From assembly GCA_035458105.1 (NCBI GenBank), contig DATIAJ010000254.1:1-48914 (forward strand): 48,914 bases of DNA, read 5' to 3'. The DNA comes from Nocardioides sp. GTDB taxonomy: Bacteria; Actinomycetota; Actinomycetes; Propionibacteriales; Nocardioidaceae. Within the stretch, counting starts at the first letter, position 1; every line of letters starts with the position of its first letter. The notes under the pieces were generated by a model. The model was given only the letters and a program-made list of their open reading frames with translations. It searched no databases and was not told the DNA's origin. This document shows positions 36,636 through 45,760 of this stretch, piece by piece. Made by a program: the position numbers and the translations under genes.

Positions 36636-37481
36636 CTACGCCTGGGCCATGAACTCGCGGAGCATCCGCGCGAAGCGGTCGGGATCGTCGAGGTGCGGGA
36701 AGTGTCCGGCGCCCTCGAAGAGCTCGACCCGGCACTGCGACAGCGCCCGCTGCGCTGTCAACGCGTGCCACGCCGGAATCATCCGGTCCTTCGAGCCCCA
36801 CACGACCATCGTGGGCGGTGGCGTCACGCCGGCCAGGTGGTCATGGGCACTGATGCTCTGGCCGCCGAAGTCGATCACGGCTCGGGTGGTCGCGAGGAAC
36901 GCCCGGCGGCTCTCGCGGTCGCCGAGCGAGGTGAAGCCGCGCCAGATGGCACCGATGTCGGCACCGGGCTTCCAGCCGACCTTCTGCGCCCCGCGGCCGA
37001 GCGCCTCGACCCGCTCCAGGACGGGACCGGAGGCGATCACCCCGAGCACCTGCTCGGCGCCCGGGAGCGTGGCCGATCGCAGCACGAGGTTGACCTCGCG
37101 GCCGAGACCACCGCTCGCGACGAGCACGAGCCTGTCCACCCTCTCGGGGAAGAGGTAGTAGAACTGCATCGCGATGCCGCCACCGAGCGAGTGGCCCACG
37201 AGCGTGACCCGTTCGATGCTGAGGTGGTCCAGCAGGTCCCGCAGGGTCGCAGCATGCGAGCCGAGCGAGTAGTCGCCCGTCGGCTTGGCCGAGTCACCGT
37301 GCCCGAACAAGTCGGGCACCACCACCCGGTGGTCCTCGTCGACCTCGTCGACGAGGTGGGACCACTGTCGTTGCGATCCGAGGATCCCGTGGATGAAGAG
37401 GACCGCGGGCCCTGATCCGCTGTCGACGTACGACAGGGCCTGGCCGTGAAGAACGGCCGTCTGCGGAGCCAGGGGAATCAT
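36636..37481 (-). CDS. Alpha/beta fold hydrolase
   Basis: FIHGI, PDLFGHGDS, GHSLGG nucleophile elbow, WGSKD, GAGHFPH; ATG at 37481. Confidence 0.93.
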   Translation of the reverse strand: MIPLAPQTAVLHGQALSYVDSGSGPAVLFIHGILGSQRQWSHLVDEVDEDHRVVVPDLFGHGDSAKPTGDYSLGSHAATLRDLLDHLSIERVTLVGHSLGGGIAMQFYYLFPERVDRLVLVASGGLGREVNLVLRSATLPGAEQVLGVIASGPVLERVEALGRGAQKVGWKPGADIGAIWRGFTSLGDRESRRAFLATTRAVIDFGGQSISAHDHLAGVTPPPTMVVWGSKDRMIPAWHALTAQRALSQCRVELFEGAGHFPHLDDPDRFARMLREFMAQA

Positions 37482-37723
37482 CGTTTCTCCGGGGTCGAAA
37501 GGATGGTTACTCCACGGTAGCCCTGCAGACCCTCGCTCCGGCGGCACTAGGTCGAAGATCACGCGACGAGGGCCGGGTGACCTCAGGACCGTCGTACGGA
37601 CCGAACGGTTCGCGCCGCCCGGTGCCCCCGCGTACGACGACCGCCCCGGCGGGCGTTGGGTCCGTCTGACGGCGCGGGACACGAGCCCGAGCGGGCGGGT
37701 CGCGCTGCTGCCACCATGTCGCC

Positions 37724-38749
37724 ATGACCCAGCCGACCGCGCTGCCCGCACCGTCCGAGCCGCTCTTCCCGGGCTCGATCGACACGTACCTGATCACCGA
37801 GGTACCGCTCTGCAGCCCCTCGACCACGGTGGCCGAGCTCCAGCGGCTCCTCGTGGGCGGCCGCTTCGACTCGGTGGCCGACATCGCCGTCGTCGACCCG
37901 GGCGAGGCCGGTGCCGAGTCGCTCCCTCCCCGGCACCGTCTCCTGGGCCTGATCCGGGTCGAGACGGTCCTCGGCGCCGACCCCTCCGCACGGGCCGTCG
38001 ACCTCATGGACCCCGATCCGCCCGCCGTCGCTCCGGGCACCGACCAGGAGGCCGCGGCGTGGAAGGCCGCGCGCCATGGCGAGTCGAGCCTGGCGGTTGT
38101 GGACAGCGCGGGCGGCTTCCGGGGGCTGGTGACGCCCCAGCGGCTGCTGACCGTGCTGCTCACCGAGCACGACCAGGACCTCGCTCGACTGGGCGGTTTC
38201 ATGAGCTCGTCGGCCTCCGCACGCCACGCGATGGACGAGCCGCTCGCGGCACGTCTGTGGCACCGGCTCCCGTGGCTGCTGCTCGGGCTCCTCGGGTCCG
38301 CGGGCGCCGCGATGCTCGTGCGGGGGTTCGAGGAGGACCTTGCCGCCGACGTGCGGCTCGCCTTCTTCATCCCCGGCATCGTCTACATGGCCGACGCGGT
38401 GGGCACGCAGACCGAGGCGCTGGTCATCCGTGGGTTGTCGGTGGGGGTCCCCATCGCGCGGGTCTTCAGGTTGGAGTCGCTGACCGGCCTCCTGGTGGGG
38501 TTGGTCCTCGCAGGCGCCAGCCTGCCGGCCGTCTGGTGGGTGCTCGGCTCCCCTGAGCTGGCCGTGACCGTCGCCCTGGCCCTGCTCGCAGCGTGCACCG
38601 TCGCGACCGTGGTCGCCATGGCGTTGCCCTGGCTCGTCGCCCGCATGGGTCGCGATCCCGCCTTCGGCAGCGGACCGCTTGCGACGGTCATCCAGGACCT
38701 CTTGTCGCTGGTGATCTACTTCGCCGTCGCGGCCGTCGTCATCGGCTGA
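37724..38749 (+). CDS. mgtE: MgtE-family Mg2+ transporter (CBS pair plus TM domain, no N-terminal domain)
   Basis: RLPWLL, FIPGIVYMADAVGTQT, DPAFGSGPLATVIQD. Confidence 0.88.
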   Translation: MTQPTALPAPSEPLFPGSIDTYLITEVPLCSPSTTVAELQRLLVGGRFDSVADIAVVDPGEAGAESLPPRHRLLGLIRVETVLGADPSARAVDLMDPDPPAVAPGTDQEAAAWKAARHGESSLAVVDSAGGFRGLVTPQRLLTVLLTEHDQDLARLGGFMSSSASARHAMDEPLAARLWHRLPWLLLGLLGSAGAAMLVRGFEEDLAADVRLAFFIPGIVYMADAVGTQTEALVIRGLSVGVPIARVFRLESLTGLLVGLVLAGASLPAVWWVLGSPELAVTVALALLAACTVATVVAMALPWLVARMGRDPAFGSGPLATVIQDLLSLVIYFAVAAVVIG

Positions 38750-38756
38750 TCGGGAT

Positions 38757-41612
38757 TCAGCACGTCGCCGCGGTGGCGCCGATCGCTCGGGTGAGGGGGA
38801 TGTGGTCGCTGGCGTCGGAGGCCGCGCGCCTCAGCAGGCGCGCAGCCAGTGTTCCCCGTTCTTCCGCCATCGCGCACTGTGCCGCGCGCCAACGACAGTA
38901 GGCCGCGTCGTGCGGGCGCTGGAGCCTGTCCCAGCAAGCAGCGGCGTCTGTCCAGCGTTCGCTGTGTCCCCGCCCGGCAACCCGTGCGGCCTCCGCCATG
39001 AAGGTCACCTGGTGCGCGGTGAGATAGGCGTCATCGCGACGCCGCCCGTCGAGCAGGGAGGACCTCTGCGCCAGGTCGCGGAGGCGGGGCCAGTCGTCGG
39101 GATCATTCGCCGCCCGCGCTGCTGCGAGCAGCGTAGGCGCCGAGACCCGCACGGGTACTCCCTCCACGACGCGATCAATGGCGCGCAGGGTCGCGTCGAG
39201 CGCGCGGCTGGCGTCGCCTGCCCAGAACGAGACGTCCATCCGGTCGGCAAGGAGCTCGTACTCATGGTCGGCGCTCTCGGGAAGGGCGGCCCACACGTCC
39301 TCGATGCGTTCGAGTCCTGCCACCGTGTGCCCCCGACGAACCTCGATGACGGCGAGTGTCGCGTGGGCCGGCCACCTGTCCACCTCGAAGTGCGAGCCGA
39401 CAGGTAGTGCGAGGGCGTGCGCCGCCTCGGCGACCCGGCCCGCTCGGAGAAGGGCCGACGCGACGTTGACCCTGACCAACATGATCTGGGGGTTGTCGAT
39501 CCGGTAGGTGTTTGCGACTGAGATCGCCTGCTGCGCGGCAGCCAGCACCTCGTCGGCAGGAGCGCCGCACGTCAGCAGCACATCCGTGGCATACACACCG
39601 CGGCGGATCTCTCCGAGGGGGTCGTCGCCCACGCCGGCACGCTCGGCTGACTCAGCCAGGAGGCGAAGGGCCCGGGTCGTGTCTCCGGCGACCCCGGCGA
39701 ACCATGCGACGCGCATCAGCGAGTCCCGCAGGAGCACCGGATCTCCGAGCTCGGTCGCCACGTCGACCTGCTGCGCCGCGAGCCGGCGGGCCTCGTCCGT
39801 GCGACCGACGAAGTAGAGGAGGCTCTGCTTTCGGTCCATGGCACGTACGTGGGTCTCGCGAACGGGCAGCTGACCACACAGGTCGAGCGTCTCGTCGAGC
39901 AGCGCCAGCCCCACCTCGAGGTCCTCGGTCTCACCGCGGTAGATCGCGCGACGGAACATCAGGTCGGCACGGGCCCCATCGTCGACGTCCGTCAGCACCG
40001 TGGTGGCCGCATCGCTCAACGCGGCCGCCTCGTCGAAGCGGAAGGAGAACCTGAGGGCGTCCATCGCACGCAGGTAGACCTCGGTCAGCGTGACGCCCGG
40101 CTGTCTCGCGTCGGCGCTGTCGGGCCAGAGCGCAATGGCGCGCAGGAGATGGTCGGCCTCGGCTCCGCGATCGAATCGTGCGTTGGCCGCTCGGGCGGCG
40201 GCTATGCGCCACGTGACCTCGTGCTCGATGTCAGCCGCCGCCCGCCAGTGCTCGGCCACCTCGCCGGGCTCCGCGCCCGGCTGCTTGCTGAGCGCCCTTG
40301 CAAAGGCGGCATGCGCCGCGACGTCCTCACCCGGGACGAGGCGGCGCCTCACGGCGTCGGCGAGCAGCGGGTGCTGCATGTCGGCCGACTCGTTGGTGCG
40401 CCTGACGAGTCGACGGTCCTGGAGGAGCCGCAGCTGGGTGGTGAGGTCCTCGGCGGACAGCGAAGCAGCTGCGGCGAGGAGGTCCGGAGCAAGCGGACGT
40501 GACGCGATGCCGAGGATCCGCAGCACTGACCACTGCTCGTCGGTGACCCCCTTCAGGCGGCGGTCCAACAGGTCCGCGAGCAGTGCCGGCAGGCGGGTCT
40601 CGTCCTCGAGATGGGCCGCCAGCTGCTCGGTGAAGAGAGGTTGCCCCTGGCTCCGGGCATGGATGCGGTCGACCTGTTCCTTGCTGACGACCCCGATCAG
40701 CCGTAGCTGCTCGGTCGTCTCGGTCCTGGACAACGGCCCCAGGGTGACGTCGAGCGTCCGAGGAAGACGCCGAACGCGCGTGATCCACTCGTCGATGTGG
40801 TCGGCCGTGCCTGTGTCCTCACTGCGCAACGTACCGAGGATCGGGACACCGAGGTCCCGCCCCAGGAGGTGCTCCACCAGGTCGAGGGTGCCGGGATCCG
40901 CCCAGTGCAGGTCCTCGATGAGGAGGGCCAGCCGCCGGGACCGTGCCAGGTCTCGCACGACCAGCCCGACTGCGGTGGTCATCAGCAGGCGGTCATCGGA
41001 TCGTGTCGGTGCTCGCGGTGATGCCTCGGGCACCAGGGCCGACAAGGCATCCGCGACCTGCGGCGGGCAGCCGGCGACGGCCTCGGTGAACCATGAGGCG
41101 TCCTCCTCGAGCACGCTCCGCAGGCAGTCGGCAACAGGCAGGAGCGGCACGTCAGCCGCCAGGGGGCGGCATCGACCGGTGGCCACGAAGGTCTGGGAGC
41201 CCCGGACGGCAGCCCCCACCAGAGCGGTCTTGCCGATCCCGGCCTCGCCGGACACCAGGAGCAGCCCGGAACCGACCTCGAGGTGCCGGCGTACGGTCAC
41301 GAGCTCCGCGTCGCGGCCGGCAATCGGTGGGGCTGGTGGCCCGAGCTCCCCGGCAGGGGCCGAGGAGGCCAGCCAGAGGGCGTGGAAACGTCGCAGGTCG
41401 CCCTTCATCGCCTCGACGAGCAGCTCGAGGGTGCCCCATGAGGGGAGGATCGGTGAGGAAAGGGCCTTGGAGACGGTCGTGTGCGACACGCCGGTCTCTC
41501 GCGCGAGCGTCCGCAGGGACGGCCAGCCGGCGTTGTGATGCAGCTCGTGAAGGGCCACGACGAGATCACGGTGCGGGCCCGGGGGCAGATCGGGCCGGGG
41601 TAGGGCGCTCAC
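38757..41612 (-). CDS. N-terminal HTH plus STAND (AAA_16 / MalT-like) ATPase plus helical repeats, without a C-terminal LuxR domain
   Basis: AGWPSLRTLARETGVSHTTVSKAL; IAGRDAEL; GEAGIGKT; LLIEDLHWAD; SQGQPLF; GTG at 41612. Confidence 0.85.
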   Translation of the reverse strand: MSALPRPDLPPGPHRDLVVALHELHHNAGWPSLRTLARETGVSHTTVSKALSSPILPSWGTLELLVEAMKGDLRRFHALWLASSAPAGELGPPAPPIAGRDAELVTVRRHLEVGSGLLLVSGEAGIGKTALVGAAVRGSQTFVATGRCRPLAADVPLLPVADCLRSVLEEDASWFTEAVAGCPPQVADALSALVPEASPRAPTRSDDRLLMTTAVGLVVRDLARSRRLALLIEDLHWADPGTLDLVEHLLGRDLGVPILGTLRSEDTGTADHIDEWITRVRRLPRTLDVTLGPLSRTETTEQLRLIGVVSKEQVDRIHARSQGQPLFTEQLAAHLEDETRLPALLADLLDRRLKGVTDEQWSVLRILGIASRPLAPDLLAAAASLSAEDLTTQLRLLQDRRLVRRTNESADMQHPLLADAVRRRLVPGEDVAAHAAFARALSKQPGAEPGEVAEHWRAAADIEHEVTWRIAAARAANARFDRGAEADHLLRAIALWPDSADARQPGVTLTEVYLRAMDALRFSFRFDEAAALSDAATTVLTDVDDGARADLMFRRAIYRGETEDLEVGLALLDETLDLCGQLPVRETHVRAMDRKQSLLYFVGRTDEARRLAAQQVDVATELGDPVLLRDSLMRVAWFAGVAGDTTRALRLLAESAERAGVGDDPLGEIRRGVYATDVLLTCGAPADEVLAAAQQAISVANTYRIDNPQIMLVRVNVASALLRAGRVAEAAHALALPVGSHFEVDRWPAHATLAVIEVRRGHTVAGLERIEDVWAALPESADHEYELLADRMDVSFWAGDASRALDATLRAIDRVVEGVPVRVSAPTLLAAARAANDPDDWPRLRDLAQRSSLLDGRRRDDAYLTAHQVTFMAEAARVAGRGHSERWTDAAACWDRLQRPHDAAYCRWRAAQCAMAEERGTLAARLLRRAASDASDHIPLTRAIGATAATC

Positions 41613-41711
41613 GCTGCTGCAACCTCCGATCACCCGCGATCCGAGACGTGACCCCAGCATCCGCTGGTCGTGCGCGCCTGTCCATGCAGACGGCGGGCGC
41701 CGAGGCGAGCC

Positions 41712-42209
41712 CTACAGCACCTTGGTGCCGTACATCTCGCCCAGCGGATCCGCGATCAGCTCGAGCCTCGCGCCGTTGGGATCGCGGAAGTAGATCGACG
41801 TCCCACTCTCCTCGAGGTACTCGACACCGGCCCGGTCGAGGTTTCCCTTCAAGCGTTCCCACACCGCGGGGTCGACCGAGATGGCGATGTGGTGCAGTCC
41901 GCCGAGCACCTCGGCGTACGGACCGACGTCGAGGCCGGGGAAGTCGAAGAACGCGAGCAGGTTGCCGTGGCCGATGTCGAAGAAGAAGTGGTTGGAGCCG
42001 CGGTAGTCACGGTTCTCGAAGATCTCGGTGAGCGGGAACTCCAGCACGTCCTGGTAGAAGGTGACGGTCTCCTCGACATCGCGGGCGACCACGGCGAAGT
42101 GGTGGAGTCCGCGGGCACTCGACGGGCTGCGAGTCCCTGCCGGCTGGAGGTACGTCGTGCGGATGCGCTCGCGCTCGGCGTCGATGGCCGCCAGGTCGAT
42201 GTCTGTCAT
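41712..42209 (-). CDS. VOC family protein
   Basis: GLHHFA, FYQDVL, GLHHIAISV, SIYFRDPNGARLEL. Confidence 0.92.
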   Translation of the reverse strand: MTDIDLAAIDAERERIRTTYLQPAGTRSPSSARGLHHFAVVARDVEETVTFYQDVLEFPLTEIFENRDYRGSNHFFFDIGHGNLLAFFDFPGLDVGPYAEVLGGLHHIAISVDPAVWERLKGNLDRAGVEYLEESGTSIYFRDPNGARLELIADPLGEMYGTKVL

Positions 42210-42213
42210 GGAC

Positions 42214-43029
42214 TCAGATCCTGAAGAAGGTGTTCAAGAAACGGTCGGCGATCGCACGATCGCCTCGGATCGTGCCGGAGTTGCTGCGACCGAAGGCGGT
42301 GAGCACGAAGCTCCCGGGATCGAACTCGAGGACGGTGACGTCGTCCACCCTGCCCGGGGCGTAGGAGAAGCCGTCCTCGGTGAGCGAGATGCGGGTGTCC
42401 CCCGCGTTGGGCCCCGAGGTGATCCGGATCCCGACCTCGTACGGCCCCTCCGAGGACAGGGCGTTGCTGGTGTACTGCCACAGCACGAACATGAACGGCG
42501 TCAGCAGGTCCGCCGCCTCGCCCGACAGCCCGTGTGCCCGGCCCGTGCCCTGACGCGCGTCCCACGAGTGCACGCCGTAGTCCATCAGCTGGAAGGCCGG
42601 GTAGAAGAACGCCGGCAGCGGGCCCATGTAGAAGTGCGGCACGTGCAGGTCTGTCCAGTCCTCGTCGGTGAGTGCGTCGAAGGTCGCCATCATCTGGTCG
42701 AAGTCCGCGCGCGCCCGAGCGACCAGCTCGGCCCGGGGCACAGACCGGAACGCCTGGGCCATCTCGTCGCACCGTTGCCCCATCCCCGGCAGGCCGTACG
42801 CCGGCGCCACCTCCGTGCCGTGGCGGGCCGCGTCGAACGCGACGAAGTAGGCCTCGGTCGTGTCGACGAGGTGCCCGACCAGGTCCCGTACCTGCCAGTG
42901 CCCGGCGCCCGTGGGCGCCTCCCATGCCTCATCGCGGTCGACCAGGTCGAAGAACTGCTCGGCTTCCTGACGCACGACGCGGAGGATCGTGTCCTTGGCC
43001 TCGGGCGTCATCGCGTTCCACGTGGCCAT
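42214..43029 (-). CDS. Mycothiol-dependent maleylpyruvate isomerase (MDMPI) family protein
   Basis: WEAPT...WQVRDLVGHL and D..VHSWD metal-binding motifs; SCP2-like C-terminus. Confidence 0.85.
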   Translation of the reverse strand: MATWNAMTPEAKDTILRVVRQEAEQFFDLVDRDEAWEAPTGAGHWQVRDLVGHLVDTTEAYFVAFDAARHGTEVAPAYGLPGMGQRCDEMAQAFRSVPRAELVARARADFDQMMATFDALTDEDWTDLHVPHFYMGPLPAFFYPAFQLMDYGVHSWDARQGTGRAHGLSGEAADLLTPFMFVLWQYTSNALSSEGPYEVGIRITSGPNAGDTRISLTEDGFSYAPGRVDDVTVLEFDPGSFVLTAFGRSNSGTIRGDRAIADRFLNTFFRI

Positions 43030-43128
43030 GCTCGTTCCCTCCGTCCGGAGGAACCAGTGCAGGCGCGGACCCGAGCCGCGCGGGGCGCGTTGGTCTCAGC
43101 GCGTCGTGGTTGCGCGTTCAACTTGACG

Positions 43129-43794
43129 CTACACCTGCAGCGGACCACCCTGCCAATGCCCCACGTGGGTCATTTCGTCCACGCCGACCCGGGTGAGACG
43201 GGTGAGCTGCCGCACCGGCCTGCCCAGTGGTACGACGGCGGCGACGGCGTACGGGTCCGGGATCCCGAGCAGCTCCTTGAGGGCCGGCTCCTCGGCGACG
43301 GCCATCGTGGTGATCGTGCCGCCGAAGCCCTCGTTGCGCGCGGCGAGCAGGATGTTCCAGACCAGCGGGTAGACCGAGGCCCCGGCGACCACCCCGATGC
43401 GGTCGAGGTCCTTGTCGAGCGCCGCCACGGCGCGGAGGTCCACGCACACGACCAGGACGACGGGGGCGCGTCGCAACGGCTCCACCACCCAGTCCGGCAC
43501 CTCGGTCTGCGCCACCTGCTCCTCGGTGACCTGGCTGGCGTCGTAGCCGCTGAACGGCGTCTCCCCCGCGGCGCGCTGGGCGTGGTACCGCCGCGCACCC
43601 GGCAAGGTGGCCTCGACGAGGCCCTCTCGCGTGGCCGGATCGCGGACCACCACGACCTGGACGCCCTGGCGGTTGCCGCCGCTGGGCGCGAAGCGAGCGT
43701 TCTCGAGGATGGTGTGCAGCACCTCGTCGGGGAGCGGGTCGTCGGTGAACTCCCGGACCGCGGCGGTCGTGCGCATCACGTCGTAGAGCTCCAT
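43129..43794 (-). CDS. Nitroreductase family protein
   Basis: MRTTAAVREFTDDP, ARFAPSGGNRQ, NILLAARNEGFG; ATG at 43794. Confidence 0.92.
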   Translation of the reverse strand: MELYDVMRTTAAVREFTDDPLPDEVLHTILENARFAPSGGNRQGVQVVVVRDPATREGLVEATLPGARRYHAQRAAGETPFSGYDASQVTEEQVAQTEVPDWVVEPLRRAPVVLVVCVDLRAVAALDKDLDRIGVVAGASVYPLVWNILLAARNEGFGGTITTMAVAEEPALKELLGIPDPYAVAAVVPLGRPVRQLTRLTRVGVDEMTHVGHWQGGPLQV

Positions 43795-43874
43795 GTCTCG
43801 CAGACTAGCCACGGCGCTGGGGCTGTCGAATAGCCGCCGCAGACGCGTCCCGGCGCTGACCAGACAATGACCCG

Positions 43875-44951
43875 TCAGACGTTGAAGCGAAACTCCACCA
43901 CGTCGCCGTCGGCCATGACGTAGTCCTTGCCCTCCATGCGCACCTTGCCGGCCTCGCGGGCCTTGAGCATGGAGCCGGCGTCCATCAGGTCGTCGAAGGA
44001 GACGATCTCGGCCTTGATGAAGCCCTTCTGGAAGTCGGTGTGGATGACACCGGCGGCCTCGGGGGCGGTGGCGCCCTTCCTGATCGTCCAGGCCCGCGTC
44101 TCCTTGGGGCCGGCGGTCAGGTAGGTCTGCAGGCCGAGGGTGTCGAAGCCGACGCGCGCGAGCTGGTCGAGGCCGGACTCCGTGATCCCCATCTCGGCGA
44201 GCATCTCGTGCGCCATCTCGTCGTCGTCCATCTCGGCCAGGTCGGCCTCGAACTTCGCGTCGAGGAAGATCGCCTCGGCCGGCGCGACGATCTCGCGCAT
44301 CTTGTCCTTGAGGCCGTCGTCGGCGAGCTCGTCGCCGTCGCAGTTGAAGACGTAGATGAAGGGCTTGGCGGTCAGCAGCGACAGCTCGCGCAGCAGGGCG
44401 CGGTCGATGTCGGTGGCGATGATCGGGGTGCCGGCCTCGAGCGCCTCCTTGGCCGCCCTGGCGGCCTCGAGGTTCGCGACGAGGTCCTTGACCTTGCGCG
44501 ACTCCTTCTCCAGCCGGGCGATGGCCTTCTCGACGGTCTCGAGGTCGGCGAGGATCAGCTCGGTCTGGATGGTGGAGATGTCGTTGGCGGGGTTGACCTC
44601 GCCGTCGACGTGGGTGACGTCATCGTCGCGGAAGACGCGGGTGACCTGGCAGATGGCGGCCGACTCGCGGATGTGGGCGAGGAACTTGTTGCCCAGGCCC
44701 TCGCCCTGCGAGGCGCCGCGCACGATGCCGGCGATGTCGACGAACTCCACCGTGGCCGGCAGGAGCTTGGCCGACTCGAAGACCTCGGCCAGCCGCGGCA
44801 GCCGCTCGTCGGGGACACCCACGACGCCGACGTTGGGCTCGATGGTGGCGAACGGGTAGTTCGCCGCGAGGACGTCGTTCTTGGTCAGTGCGTTGAAGAG
44901 CGTCGACTTGCCCGCGTTGGGGAGACCGACGATGCCGATGGTGAGAGCCAC
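43875..44951 (-). CDS. ychF: Redox-regulated ribosome-binding ATPase YchF
   Basis: GIVGLPNAGKSTLFNALT, ANYPFATIEPN, DIAG, GLGNKFL, TGS domain AAGVIHTDF...EFRFNV. Confidence 0.98.
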   Translation of the reverse strand: MALTIGIVGLPNAGKSTLFNALTKNDVLAANYPFATIEPNVGVVGVPDERLPRLAEVFESAKLLPATVEFVDIAGIVRGASQGEGLGNKFLAHIRESAAICQVTRVFRDDDVTHVDGEVNPANDISTIQTELILADLETVEKAIARLEKESRKVKDLVANLEAARAAKEALEAGTPIIATDIDRALLRELSLLTAKPFIYVFNCDGDELADDGLKDKMREIVAPAEAIFLDAKFEADLAEMDDDEMAHEMLAEMGITESGLDQLARVGFDTLGLQTYLTAGPKETRAWTIRKGATAPEAAGVIHTDFQKGFIKAEIVSFDDLMDAGSMLKAREAGKVRMEGKDYVMADGDVVEFRFNV

Positions 44952-45020
44952 GGGCGGGAAGTCTACGGCTGCGCGCGGCGCGTCCGCGATTCGCGGCCCA
45001 CGGGAGAAACGGCGACGGCA

Positions 45021-45048
45021 GAGGGCCCGGCCGGTCGGCCGGGCCCTC
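45021..45048. other. Perfect 13-bp GC hairpin in the divergent intergenic region
   Basis: GAGGGCCCGGCCG-GT-CGGCCGGGCCCTC. Confidence 0.7.
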
Positions 45049-45203
45049 CCTCCTGCGCGCCGCGGCGTCCGTCAGGAGCCGTGGACCGACCGCACCCCCG
45101 CGCGATCCGCCCCGGTCATCGACGGGTCGTTGGAGGACCCGTTGCCATCCCACCCAACCCCGCCCGCTCCGGGGCGGGGAAGGCCGGAGCAGGGTCAGGT
45201 GTG

Positions 45204-45229
45204 TGCACTGCAGGAACCTGCAGCCTGCA
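45204..45229. promoter_or_regulatory. Candidate operator upstream of the PH-domain operon
   Basis: TGCA-CTGCAGG-AA-CCTGCAG-CC-TGCA inverted repeat ending 12 bp before ATG 45242. Confidence 0.5.
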
Positions 45230-45241
45230 AGACTTCTGGAC

Positions 45242-45760
45242 ATGACTGACGTGGGGCCTGACCTGATCGCGCGGGGGCCGGTGCTGCGCGAGCCTGCCAA
45301 CCGGGTCTCGCCGCAGGCGATCCCGTTCTGGACCGTGTCGGCCCTGATGGGCGACGCGGTGCTCGTGGCCGGCGCGGTGCTCGTGTGGCTGCTGGTCCCG
45401 GGTGTCCCCGGCTGGGCCGGGCTCGTGGTGCTGCTGCTCGCGGTGGCGGCGGCGGCGCACGTCGTGCTCATGCCCCGGATCCGCTACCGGGTGCACCGGT
45501 GGGAGGTCACCGACACGGCCGTGCACACCCGCGAGGGCTGGATCGGCCGGGAGACGCGCATCGCCCCCATCAGCCGCGTGCAGACCGTCGACTCGCGCCA
45601 GGGCGCGCTGATGCGGCTGTTCGGGCTGGCGTCGATCACCGTCACGACCGCGTCGGCAGCCGGGCCGATCACCGTCGACTGCCTCGACGCCGAGACCGCC
45701 CGCCAGGTGGTGGCGCAGCTCACCGCCATCACCGCGGCCACGGAGGACGACGCCACGTGA
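45242..45760 (+). CDS. bPH_2 (YdbS-like) membrane protein
   Basis: Two TM helices, then RYRVHRWEV...P.SRVQTVD..QG.L.RLFGLASITVTTASAAG. Confidence 0.9.
   Translation: MTDVGPDLIARGPVLREPANRVSPQAIPFWTVSALMGDAVLVAGAVLVWLLVPGVPGWAGLVVLLLAVAAAAHVVLMPRIRYRVHRWEVTDTAVHTREGWIGRETRIAPISRVQTVDSRQGALMRLFGLASITVTTASAAGPITVDCLDAETARQVVAQLTAITAATEDDAT

Noticed and set aside
37482-37723. M-box (ykoK) riboswitch upstream of mgtE
   Set aside because: The conserved M-box sequence blocks were not recognisable; only generic GC hairpins are present. An Rfam scan would settle it.
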